Shown piece after piece: positions 9,002 through 16,664 of a stretch of 32,000 bases of DNA. The DNA lies in NCBI RefSeq assembly GCF_000284115.1, contig NC_017080.1, positions 480,001 through 512,000 on the forward strand. The letters are read 5' to 3'. The notes below the pieces were generated by a model. The model saw nothing but the letters and a program-made list of their open reading frames with translations. It made no database searches and had not been told where the DNA came from. The stretch is from Phycisphaera mikurensis NBRC 102666. GTDB lineage: Bacteria > Planctomycetota > Phycisphaerae > Phycisphaerales > Phycisphaeraceae. Numbering within the stretch: position 1 is the stretch's first letter; the number at the start of each line of letters is the position of its first letter. A program made the translations under genes and the position numbers.

Positions 9002-10159
9002 ATGAACGCCGCGGCAGCGCCCGAGCCCCGTGCCGCCGACGCGCCGCCGCGGCGTCGCCGCCGCCGGCGCTGGCCCTGGATCCTGCTGTTCGTGCTCCTG
9101 CTCGCCGGCGTCGGCGGTCGCCTGGCCCTGGAGCCGGGGCTGCGGTGGTACGTGAACCGCACGCTCGACCGCGACCCCGGCTTCGACGGCCGCATCGACG
9201 GCATCTCGATCGCCCTCTGGCGCGGGGCGTACCGCGTGGAGGGCGTGCGGCTGGACAAGACGGCGGCGGGCATCCGCGAGCCGCTGCTGACGCTCGACGC
9301 GCTGGACCTCTCGCTGCAGTGGGGGGCGTTGCTCAAGGGGGCGGTGGTCGGGGAGGTCGAGCTGGTCCGGCCGGTGGTCACCTTCGTCGACGGGGGCGAG
9401 GGCGGCGAGAGCCAGAGCGGGGCGGGCGGGCCGTGGCTGGGCGTGCTGAGCGACCTGCTCCCCTTCCAGATCAACCGCGTCGGGGTCCGCGACGGGACGC
9501 TGCGCCTGCGGAGCGAGCGCGGGGCGGCGCCGCTGGAGGCGGAGATCACCGCGCTGGAGGCGACTGTGAGCGACCTCACCAACGTGGACCGCTCGACGGA
9601 GGTGCTGGTCACCAAGCTCGACGCCACCTGCCGCGTCATGGGCTCCGGCGAGGTCGAGCTGCACGGGGCGCTCGACCCCTTCAGCTGGAAGCCGACCTTC
9701 GAGCTGCGGATGCGGATGCTCGGCCTGGACGTCACCGAAGTGAACGGCCTGGCCCGGGTGTACGGCGGGTTGGACTTCAACGCCGGCCGCTTCGATCTGA
9801 CCCTCGAGGCGAGCGCGGAGCAGGGGCTCATCGAGGGCACGGTGCAGCCGCTGTTCCGCGGGCTCGACGTGTTCTCGCTCTCCCAGGACGCGGCGGACGG
9901 CGACCCGCTCAACGCGGCCTACCAGGCGCTGGTCGGCTCGGTGGCGGAGCTGCTGGAGAACCAGGAGCGCGACCAGTTCGGCACCCGCGTGGCCTTCGAG
10001 GCGAGCAGCGAAGGGCTGGGGTTGAACGTGCTCGAGGTGGTCGGCAACGTGCTCTACAACGCATTCGTACAGGCTTTCCTGCCCGAGCTCCGCGCCCAGA
10101 GCGGCGGCGGCTTCCGCTTCACGCCGCAGCCCGTGGCGGAGGCGCCGGCGCAGCGCTAG
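9002..10159 (+). CDS. DUF748 / AsmA-like membrane-anchored protein
   Basis: It has an Arg-rich N-terminus and then one TM helix ('WPWILLFVLLLAGVGG'). 'IDGISIALWRGAYRVEGVRLDK...LDLSLQWGALLKGAVVGEVELVRPVVTFV' is typical of DUF748 repeats. Confidence 0.7.
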   Translation: MNAAAAPEPRAADAPPRRRRRRRWPWILLFVLLLAGVGGRLALEPGLRWYVNRTLDRDPGFDGRIDGISIALWRGAYRVEGVRLDKTAAGIREPLLTLDALDLSLQWGALLKGAVVGEVELVRPVVTFVDGGEGGESQSGAGGPWLGVLSDLLPFQINRVGVRDGTLRLRSERGAAPLEAEITALEATVSDLTNVDRSTEVLVTKLDATCRVMGSGEVELHGALDPFSWKPTFELRMRMLGLDVTEVNGLARVYGGLDFNAGRFDLTLEASAEQGLIEGTVQPLFRGLDVFSLSQDAADGDPLNAAYQALVGSVAELLENQERDQFGTRVAFEASSEGLGLNVLEVVGNVLYNAFVQAFLPELRAQSGGGFRFTPQPVAEAPAQR

Positions 10160-10167
10160 ATTCCGCG

Positions 10168-10809
10168 ATGCGAACGACCAACGCCCGGCTCCTGGCTCTG
10201 CTCCTGCTGCTCGCCGCGGCGCCGCTGGGTGGCTGCTTGGGCGGGGCCGCGGCCGATGCCCCCGCCGACGACGCCTTCGCGACGTCGGGCAGCCCCGCGG
10301 CGGACCAGCGGGCCGAGCAGCAGATGGCCAGAACCGCGCAGGTGGAGGGCACCGAGGGCGAGGAGGACCCCGAGGAAGCCGGGCCGCAGCCCGGGGCGCG
10401 CAAGAGCCTCTACGAGCGGCTCGGCGGCTCCGCCGGCGTCGCGGCGGTGGTGGACGACGCGGTGGACCGGGCCATCGTCGACCCGCGCGTCAACGCGCAG
10501 CGGAAGGCGGTGGAGGCCGGCTGGCTGACGGCCGCGCCGCCGGCGTGGGAGCCCACGCCCGGGGCCGTCGCCCGCGTCAAGAAGCTCATCGCGCAGTTCA
10601 TCGCCACCGCCAGCGGCGGCCCCGTCGGCTACGACGGCCCGCCGATCGAGGAAGCCTTCGCCGGCCGGCGTTTCACGAACCTGGAGTTCGACGCCGCGGT
10701 GGGCAGCCTCCAGGCGAGCATGGACAAGCTGGGGCTGGCGGACCAGGAGCAGAAGGAGCTGCTGGCGGTGATGGAGACGACCCGGGAGCAGGTCGTCGAG
10801 GTCCGGTGA
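10168..10809 (+). CDS. lipoprotein with a truncated-haemoglobin (group I, 2-on-2 globin) fold lacking the canonical haem-pocket residues
   Basis: It has a lipobox 'LGGC' (C23) and an acidic linker. A domain from 'SLYERLGGSAGVAAVVDD' to 'GGPVGYDGPPIEEAFAGRRFT' aligns without gaps to M. tuberculosis HbN as I recall it. Confidence 0.7.
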   Translation: MRTTNARLLALLLLLAAAPLGGCLGGAAADAPADDAFATSGSPAADQRAEQQMARTAQVEGTEGEEDPEEAGPQPGARKSLYERLGGSAGVAAVVDDAVDRAIVDPRVNAQRKAVEAGWLTAAPPAWEPTPGAVARVKKLIAQFIATASGGPVGYDGPPIEEAFAGRRFTNLEFDAAVGSLQASMDKLGLADQEQKELLAVMETTREQVVEVR

Positions 10810-10888
10810 GCGTGGAGGCGGCCCGCCGGGTGTCGTAGGGTTTGCCGCTCCCGCTCCGCCCCCGCCCCGCCCCCCCGCGACCCCACCC

Positions 10889-12943
10889 TTGCCGAGCCCC
10901 CTGAACCTCACCCTCGCCGCGGGCGCGCTCTCCTACGAGCAGGTCACGGTTTTCCTGCTCGCCTTCGCGGTGCTGCTGGGCACGGCCCGGCTGTTCGGCG
11001 AGGTGTGCCGCAAGCTCGGCCAGCCGGTCGTGCTCGGCGAGATCCTCGCGGGCGTCGTGCTCGGGGCGACGGTGCTGGGCAGCCCCTCGCTGGCCGGGCC
11101 CGACGGCGCCAACGTGCGGCTCTACGACTGGCTCTTCCCCGTCCACGTGCTCGACGAGGACCGCGAGCCGGTGACGGTGGTGCGGGTCGCCAAAGCCCCC
11201 GACGGCCGGCCGCAGGTGCGCGAGGCGGGAGGCGACACCGCGGCGCCGGTTCCGGAGGTGGCCGCCGATGCGCCGCGGGAGGCGCCGGCGCCGACGCGGG
11301 AGGCGGAGCGGGACGCGGACCCGGTGGCCCCCGGGTCGCTCGCGGTCGTCGACGATCCCTCCGAGCACGAGTTGGACTCCGCGCCCCTGCCGGCCGACCA
11401 CCAGAAGAGCTACGACGGGGGCTACCTCGCGATGTCGATGTTCCTGCAGCTCTCGGCGGTGTTCCTGCTGCTGGTCGCGGGGCTGGAGGTCGACCTCTCG
11501 ATCGTCTGGCGGCAGGGCCGGGCGGCCCTGCTCATCAGCGTCATGAGCATGGTCGTGCCCTTCGCGCTCGGCTTCGCGCTGGCCTACGCGGTGCCGGGGA
11601 TGCTCGGCTTCGACTTCGAGTCCGGCCAGCTGATCCCGTTCGCGCTGTTCCTGGGCGTGGCGATGTCGATCACGGCGCTGCCGGTCATCGCGAAGATCCT
11701 GATGGACCTCAACTTGTTCCGCTCCGACGTGGGCATGCTGATCATGGCCTCGGCGATGGTCAACGACCTGCTCGGCTGGATCGGCTTCGCGATCGTGCTC
11801 GCGATGGTCGCCGTGCCCATCGGCGGCGGCGAGGCGGCCGGGGCGCTCGCGGCGGCGCTGCCGCTGGCCAAGACGATCGGGCTCACGCTGCTCTTCGTCG
11901 GCGGGATGCTGACCGTCGGGCGCTGGGCGGTCCACAGAGTGCTCCCCTTCGTGCAGGCCCACAGCGCCTGGCCGGGCGGCGTGCTGAGCTTCGTGCTCTG
12001 CCTGGCGCTGGTCTGCTCGGCGATCACCGAGGCGATCGGCATCCACTCGATCTTCGGGGCCTTCATCGCCGGCGTCGCGATCGGCGACAGCGCCCACCTG
12101 CGGCGGCAGACGCGGGAGCACATCGAGCAGTTCATCAGCAACATCTTCGCGCCGCTGTTCTTCGCGAGCATCGGCCTGCGGGTGAACTTCTTCGAGGGCT
12201 TCGACCTCACCGCCGTCACGCTGGTGCTGGTGATCGCGATCGCCGGCAAGCTGATCGGCTGCTGGATCGGGGCCATCTGGGCGGGGCTCTCCCGCCGCGA
12301 GTCCGCGGCCATCGGCATGGGCATGAGCGCCAGGGGGGCGATGGAGATCATCCTGGGCCAGCTCGCGCTCAACCAGGGGCTGATCACCGAGAAGCTCTTC
12401 GTCGCCATCGTCGTGATGGCGATCGTCACCTCGCTCATCGCCGGCCCGGGGATGAAGGCCATCCTGCGGATCAAGGCCCGCCGCAAGCTGACGGATCTCA
12501 TCTCCGAGAAGCTGTACGTGGACGAGCTCCGGACGGACAACGCCCGCGGCATCATTGCCGAGCTCGCCGAGCGCGCCACCGCGACGGCGGGGCTGCCGGC
12601 GGCGGAGATCGCCGAGTCGGCGTGGCGGCGCGAGCGGCTCTTCTCGACCGGGCTGCCCGGGGGCCTGGCCATCCCGCACGCCCGCCTGGCCGGCCTCTCC
12701 CGGCCCATGGTCGCCGTGGGCCGCAGCCGCGACGGCGTCGACTTCGACGCCACCGACGGCTCGAGAGCCCGGCTGATCTGCCTGCTGCTCTCGCCGGCCG
12801 AAGACCCCACGGCGCAGGTGGAGTTGCTGCGGGCGGTCGGGGAGACCTTCGCCAACAAGGAGACGCGGGCCGCGGCGCTCGACGCGACGGGCTACACCCA
12901 GTTCCGGGCGGCGCTGATCGTCGGCGAGGCCGCCGAGCACTGA
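10889..12943 (+). CDS. CPA2-family cation:proton antiporter fused to a C-terminal PTS EIIA (type 2, Ntr/Fru) domain
   Basis: It has multiple TM helices with Kef/NapA-type motifs ('GQPVVLGEILAGVVLG', 'LLLVAGLEVD', 'IFGAFIAGVAIG'). The C-terminal ~150 aa carry an EIIA-2 signature ('GLAIPHARL...VAVGRS..GVDFDATDGSRARLICLLLSP'). The TTG start at 10889 is uncertain. Confidence 0.88.
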   Translation: MPSPLNLTLAAGALSYEQVTVFLLAFAVLLGTARLFGEVCRKLGQPVVLGEILAGVVLGATVLGSPSLAGPDGANVRLYDWLFPVHVLDEDREPVTVVRVAKAPDGRPQVREAGGDTAAPVPEVAADAPREAPAPTREAERDADPVAPGSLAVVDDPSEHELDSAPLPADHQKSYDGGYLAMSMFLQLSAVFLLLVAGLEVDLSIVWRQGRAALLISVMSMVVPFALGFALAYAVPGMLGFDFESGQLIPFALFLGVAMSITALPVIAKILMDLNLFRSDVGMLIMASAMVNDLLGWIGFAIVLAMVAVPIGGGEAAGALAAALPLAKTIGLTLLFVGGMLTVGRWAVHRVLPFVQAHSAWPGGVLSFVLCLALVCSAITEAIGIHSIFGAFIAGVAIGDSAHLRRQTREHIEQFISNIFAPLFFASIGLRVNFFEGFDLTAVTLVLVIAIAGKLIGCWIGAIWAGLSRRESAAIGMGMSARGAMEIILGQLALNQGLITEKLFVAIVVMAIVTSLIAGPGMKAILRIKARRKLTDLISEKLYVDELRTDNARGIIAELAERATATAGLPAAEIAESAWRRERLFSTGLPGGLAIPHARLAGLSRPMVAVGRSRDGVDFDATDGSRARLICLLLSPAEDPTAQVELLRAVGETFANKETRAAALDATGYTQFRAALIVGEAAEH

Positions 12944-12977
12944 GCCGGCGCGGCGGGCCCCTCCGCCTCCGCCCGCA

Positions 12978-12998
12978 CCGCCGCCGGGTTGGCGGCGG
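12978..12998. terminator. GC stem-loop (CCGCCGCC-GGGTT-GGCGGCGG) between convergent genes; possible bidirectional terminator
   Basis: The 8-bp perfect stem was read from the sequence. It lies between the antiporter stop (12943) and the PAS gene stop (13009). There is no U-tract. Confidence 0.3.
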
Positions 12999-13008
12999 GC
13001 GCGGACGC

Positions 13009-13824
13009 TCAAGCGGCCGCGCGGGGCCCGACCGCCTCGGCGAGGAGCCGGCCGAGCGCGGCTTCCAGCGCCTCCGCGTCCGCATCGGCCTCGCCGGCCG
13101 CGGGCTCGGCGCCGCCGGCGAGCCGGGCGCGGGTGCGCCCGACGGCGGCGCGGCAAGCCTCCACCGCCTCGGGGTCCGAGCCGGGCAGGCGCGCGAGCTG
13201 GGCGAGCGCCCCGCCGAGCGCCTCCGCCAGCCGCTCGCGGATCTCGGCGGCCTCCGCCCGCGCGGCGCTGAGCTCCGCCAGCTCCCGCTTCCGCCGCGTC
13301 ACGTCGACGTGCGTGCCGATGAAGCGGACGGCGCGGCCCTCGTGGTCCCGCGTGACGGCGCCGCGGGAGAAGATCTCCACCCAGGTGCCCGTCCGGTGCC
13401 GCATGCGGAACCCGATGACGTACTCGTCCTCACGCGTGGCGGCGATGTGCTCTTCGAACACGTTGAGGACCCGATCCCGGTCGTCGGGGTGCATGAGGTC
13501 CAGCGCGGTGGACACGGCCGATCCGAGTTCCGCGCGGTTGAGGCCGAGCATCCGCGCCCAGCCCTCGGAGTAGTGGACCCGGTCGTTCTGCAGGTCGACG
13601 TCCCAGATGCCATCGCCCGCCGCGTCCATCGCGGCCTCCAGCCGCTCGCAGCGGAAGGCGAGCTCGTTCCTCTCGGCCCGGACCTTCAGCAGCTGGACCC
13701 GCGTCGCGGCGTGGGCGCGGGCGCTGGACGGGCCTTCGGGACCGGAGGCGGGCGTGCCGGGCGGGGAAGCTTCGGGCATGCGGAGGCATCGGCCAGGCGA
13801 GGGATCACCCTTCAGCAGACCCAC
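13009..13824 (-). CDS. stand-alone PAS-domain protein flanked by coiled-coil segments
   Basis: It has a PAS_3-type pattern ('GIWDVDLQNDRVHYSEGWARMLG...LMHPDDRDRV...FRMRHRTGTWVEIFSRGAVTRDHEGRAVRFIGTHVDVT'). GTG 13824 has a GGAG 9 nt upstream. ATG 13779 is an alternative start. Confidence 0.8.
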   Translation of the reverse strand: MGLLKGDPSPGRCLRMPEASPPGTPASGPEGPSSARAHAATRVQLLKVRAERNELAFRCERLEAAMDAAGDGIWDVDLQNDRVHYSEGWARMLGLNRAELGSAVSTALDLMHPDDRDRVLNVFEEHIAATREDEYVIGFRMRHRTGTWVEIFSRGAVTRDHEGRAVRFIGTHVDVTRRKRELAELSAARAEAAEIRERLAEALGGALAQLARLPGSDPEAVEACRAAVGRTRARLAGGAEPAAGEADADAEALEAALGRLLAEAVGPRAAA

Positions 13825-13890
13825 TGAATGCAGCTCCGCAGACCGGTTCCTCCGCCGACGGGCCCGCCACGGCGGCCGGCGTCCGGGCGT

Positions 13891-15312
13891 TCAACCCACG
13901 CGTCGCTGCTCTGCCTCTTCCACCAGCCGGTCCACCTTCTCGACGTACGCCTTGGGCTTGGCCTTCCGCTCCAGCCCGTTGCGGTTCATGTAGCGGACCT
14001 TGCCGAAGATCTCGCGTTCGGTCCAGCCGCGGTCGTGCTGCCCGTACACCCACGCGACGTTGGCGAAGGAGTTGGGATCCCGCCCGTCGAGGAAGTACTT
14101 GTTGTTGAGGTAGAGCGTCGTCTCGAAGCCGTATTCGGGCGTGTTCGTCCACTCCAGGATCTTCTTGCCCCAGTACATCCGCATGTAGTTGTGCATGTAG
14201 CCGGTGTGGACCAGCTCCCTCTGCGCGGCGTTCCAGTACGGGTCGTGCGTGTCGGCGTCCTCGAGTTGCTGGCGGGTGTAGACGTGCTCACGCTCGTCGT
14301 CGCGGTGCTCGTCGAGCGTCTCCCGGGCGAACGCGGGCAGCTGCGAGAACTTGTCGTAATCCTCCTCGAAGTGCACGAAGTTGTGCGTGAGCTCGCGGCG
14401 GACGATCAGCTCCTCCAGGAAGTCGTCGCGGTCGTCGCCGCTGAGCTTGTCCCTCGCCGCGAGCGCGATGCGGATCGGCGAGAGGTTGCCGAAGTGCAGG
14501 TACTTGCTCATGTGGCTGACGTCGTCGGTCTGCGGCTGGTTGCGGTGGTCGCTGTAGACGCCGTTGGCGGTGGAGAGGAACCGCTCGAGCATCTCCTCGC
14601 CCGCGTCTTCGCCGCCGCGGAACAGCGGCACCGGCGGGACGCCGCCTTCACCGAAGCCCAGCCGGTCCAGCGCCTCGCCGATCTTCGCGTCGCTGGAGAG
14701 GTCCACCTCGTCGTCGGGGATCCCCATCGTGGTCGCGTCCTTCTCCAGCTCCGTCGGCTCCAGCGCCACGAGAAAGTCGTCGAGCCGTTTGTGGATCTTC
14801 GGGCGGATCGTGCGGGCGGCGTGCTCCTTCTTGTCGCTCGCGGTGCCGACGGGGACCACCACGTCGCTCTCGACCTCCTCCACCGGGACTTCCGCCTCGT
14901 TGCCCACCTCGTCCCGCCACGCCCGGTGGTCGCGGAGGTATCCGGCGTCGAGCACCACCCGGCACGCATCCTCCGCGTACCGCAGCGCCGTCTCCGCCAT
15001 GCCGCCCTCCACCACCGCGAAGCGGATCCGGCGGGCCGTCAGCTTGTCTCGCAGCGGCCCCACGCCCTGCAGCATGAAGTGCTTCTGCCGGCGGTGGGCG
15101 CCGAAGGTGTCGCCGACCAGCGGGTAGAGCACCAGCAGCCGCTTGCCCAGCCGGTTGGCGTGCTGCGCAGCGAGCTCCAGCGCGTGGTTCATCCGGCTCC
15201 GCATCGACGCCTCCATGACGTACAGCACGTAAGCCCCGTCCGCCTTTTCCTCGGCGTCGTTGAGGGCGGCGATGCGGTCGGCGTGGATGTCGGGGCTGGG
15301 CTCGCGGGGCAT
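13891..15312 (-). CDS. phr: deoxyribodipyrimidine photolyase, class II (CPD photolyase)
   Basis: The C-terminal FAD-binding region ('ELIVRRELTHNF', 'DPYWNAAQRELVHTGYMHNYMRMYWGKKILEW', 'LNNKYFLDGRDPNSFANVAWVYGQHDRGW') is diagnostic for class II. The start is ATG 15312 ('MPREPSPD'). The longer track ORF running into the 8-bp repeat is rejected. Confidence 0.93.
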   Translation of the reverse strand: MPREPSPDIHADRIAALNDAEEKADGAYVLYVMEASMRSRMNHALELAAQHANRLGKRLLVLYPLVGDTFGAHRRQKHFMLQGVGPLRDKLTARRIRFAVVEGGMAETALRYAEDACRVVLDAGYLRDHRAWRDEVGNEAEVPVEEVESDVVVPVGTASDKKEHAARTIRPKIHKRLDDFLVALEPTELEKDATTMGIPDDEVDLSSDAKIGEALDRLGFGEGGVPPVPLFRGGEDAGEEMLERFLSTANGVYSDHRNQPQTDDVSHMSKYLHFGNLSPIRIALAARDKLSGDDRDDFLEELIVRRELTHNFVHFEEDYDKFSQLPAFARETLDEHRDDEREHVYTRQQLEDADTHDPYWNAAQRELVHTGYMHNYMRMYWGKKILEWTNTPEYGFETTLYLNNKYFLDGRDPNSFANVAWVYGQHDRGWTEREIFGKVRYMNRNGLERKAKPKAYVEKVDRLVEEAEQRRVG

Positions 15313-15332
15313 GGCGGAAGGTAGCGCGAGGA

Positions 15333-15644
15333 GAGGTGGGGAGGCGGGGAAGCGGGGAAGCGGGGAAGCGGGGAAGCGGGAAAGCGGAGAAGCGGGGAAG
15401 CGGGGAAGCGGGGAAGCGAAGAAGCGAAGAAGCGGAGAAGCGAAGAAGCGAAGAAGCGAGGAAGCGAAGAAGCGAAGAAGCGGAGAAGCGGAGAAGCGGA
15501 GAAGCGGAGAAGCGGAGAAGCGAAGAAGCGAGGAAGCGAGGAAGCGAGGAAGCGGGGAAGCGGGGAAGCGGGGAAGCGGGGAAGCGGAGAAGTGAAGAAG
15601 CGAAGAGACGAAGAGGCGGAGAAGTGGGGAGGCGGGGAGGTCGG
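15333..15644. repeat. tandem array of an 8-bp unit GAAGCGRR, 39 units in unbroken register (32 well-conserved units at 15349-15604)
   Basis: I counted it unit by unit in the sequence and found no indels. The last two bases vary in blocks (GG, AA, GA, AG). It is intergenic, between the divergent photolyase and LOG genes. Confidence 0.95.
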
Positions 15645-15775
15645 CGGTGTCTTGGCGACGGCGACCGGGTTTCGCTGCTGACTCACTAGCTTCCTCTCTC
15701 ACCCCGTCGGGTCTGACCGGCTGCGGCTCGCTTCGCGGACGATGCAGCCGCGATCCGCGACGCCCGCCGCTGCGT

Positions 15776-15807
15776 CGCTTCTCCGCTTCTCCGCTTCTCC
15801 GCTTCGT
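15776..15807. repeat. inverted mini-array (CGCTTCTC x3 plus CGCTTCGT), the reverse complement of the GAAGCGGA block of the main array
   Basis: The reverse complement of 15776-15805 matches a 30-nt run inside 15477-15518 exactly. It lies 40 nt upstream of the LOG gene ATG. Confidence 0.85.
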
Positions 15808-15847
15808 GCATTCTGTGCAGGACTCGGATCCACCAAGAGGTCCCGCC

Positions 15848-16585
15848 ATGCCCGACCCCATCGACCCGCAGCTCCGCCATTCCGCCCTCGCCGAGGAGTC
15901 GTGGCGGATGTTCCGCATCCTCTCCGAGTTCGTCGACGGCATCGAGGTGATGTCCGCGGTCGGGCCCGCCGTCTCGATCTTCGGTTCCGCCCGCACGCCC
16001 GAGGACGACCCGGTCTTCGCGCAGGCGGTCGCGTGCGCCCGGAAGGTGGTCGAACGCGACTTCGCCGTGATCACCGGCGGCGGGCCGGGGATCATGACCG
16101 CCGGGAACAAGGGCGCCCACGAGGCGGGCGGGCAGAGCGTGGGGCTGAACATCAAGCTGCCGCACGAGCAAAGCGGCAATCCATACCAGAACGTCAGCCT
16201 CGACTTCCGCTACTTCTTCGTCCGGAAGGTGATGTTCGTGAAGTACGCCTGCGGCTTCATCATCTTCCCCGGCGGCTTCGGCACGCTCGACGAGCTCTTC
16301 GAGAGCCTCACGCTGATCCAGACGATGAAGATCCGCCCCTTCCCGGTGGTCTGCGTCGGCCACGACTTCTGGGACGGCCTGCTCGACTGGATCCGCGAGA
16401 CGCTCGACGAGAAGTACCGGACGATCTCGCACGCGGACCTGGACCTCATCCACGTGACCGACGACCTCGACGAGGCGGTGGCGCAGATCCAGGGCTGCTT
16501 CGACCCCGGGGAGTACGCGAAGCGGGTGGCGGAGCCGATGCCGGCCCAGATGATCGACCTCGCCCGGGCGCAGGCGCCCCGCTGA
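15848..16585 (+). CDS. LOG-family (TIGR00730) nucleotide 5'-monophosphate nucleosidase / cytokinin riboside 5'-monophosphate phosphoribohydrolase-like protein
   Basis: 'VSIFGSAR', 'ITGGGPGIMTAGNKGA', 'GLNIKLPHEQ', 'PGGFGTLDELFE' are the family signatures (GGGxGxM and PGGxGTxxE). Confidence 0.9.
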   Translation: MPDPIDPQLRHSALAEESWRMFRILSEFVDGIEVMSAVGPAVSIFGSARTPEDDPVFAQAVACARKVVERDFAVITGGGPGIMTAGNKGAHEAGGQSVGLNIKLPHEQSGNPYQNVSLDFRYFFVRKVMFVKYACGFIIFPGGFGTLDELFESLTLIQTMKIRPFPVVCVGHDFWDGLLDWIRETLDEKYRTISHADLDLIHVTDDLDEAVAQIQGCFDPGEYAKRVAEPMPAQMIDLARAQAPR

Positions 16586-16664
16586 GCGGCGGCGGGGAGC
16601 GGAGGGAGCGGGCCGCGCGGCGCACCCGGGGCGCGAACGGCCGGAGACACGGGTGCCGCCACGC

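Noticed and set aside
13009-13824. A LOV blue-light photoreceptor assignment for the PAS protein
   Set aside because: The flavin-adduct cysteine motif (GxNCRFLQ) is absent. Only a generic PAS_3 pattern is visible, so any light sensing is speculation.
15189-15689. Repeat-peptide ORFs ('GEAGKRGS' and 'SGEAEKRR' types) on both strands of the 8-bp array
   Set aside because: All frames are open only because the unit GAAGCGRR lacks stop codons. An 8-nt period gives the same 8-aa periodic peptide in every frame. There is no start context and no non-repeat domain.
15313-16179. An N-terminal extension of the photolyase ORF through the 8-bp array, giving an 'SPLLRFFASSLLRF' repeat peptide
   Set aside because: Class II photolyase homology starts at 'MPREPSPD' (ATG 15312). 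The extension is just the translated 8-bp repeat, and it would overlap the LOG gene on the other strand.
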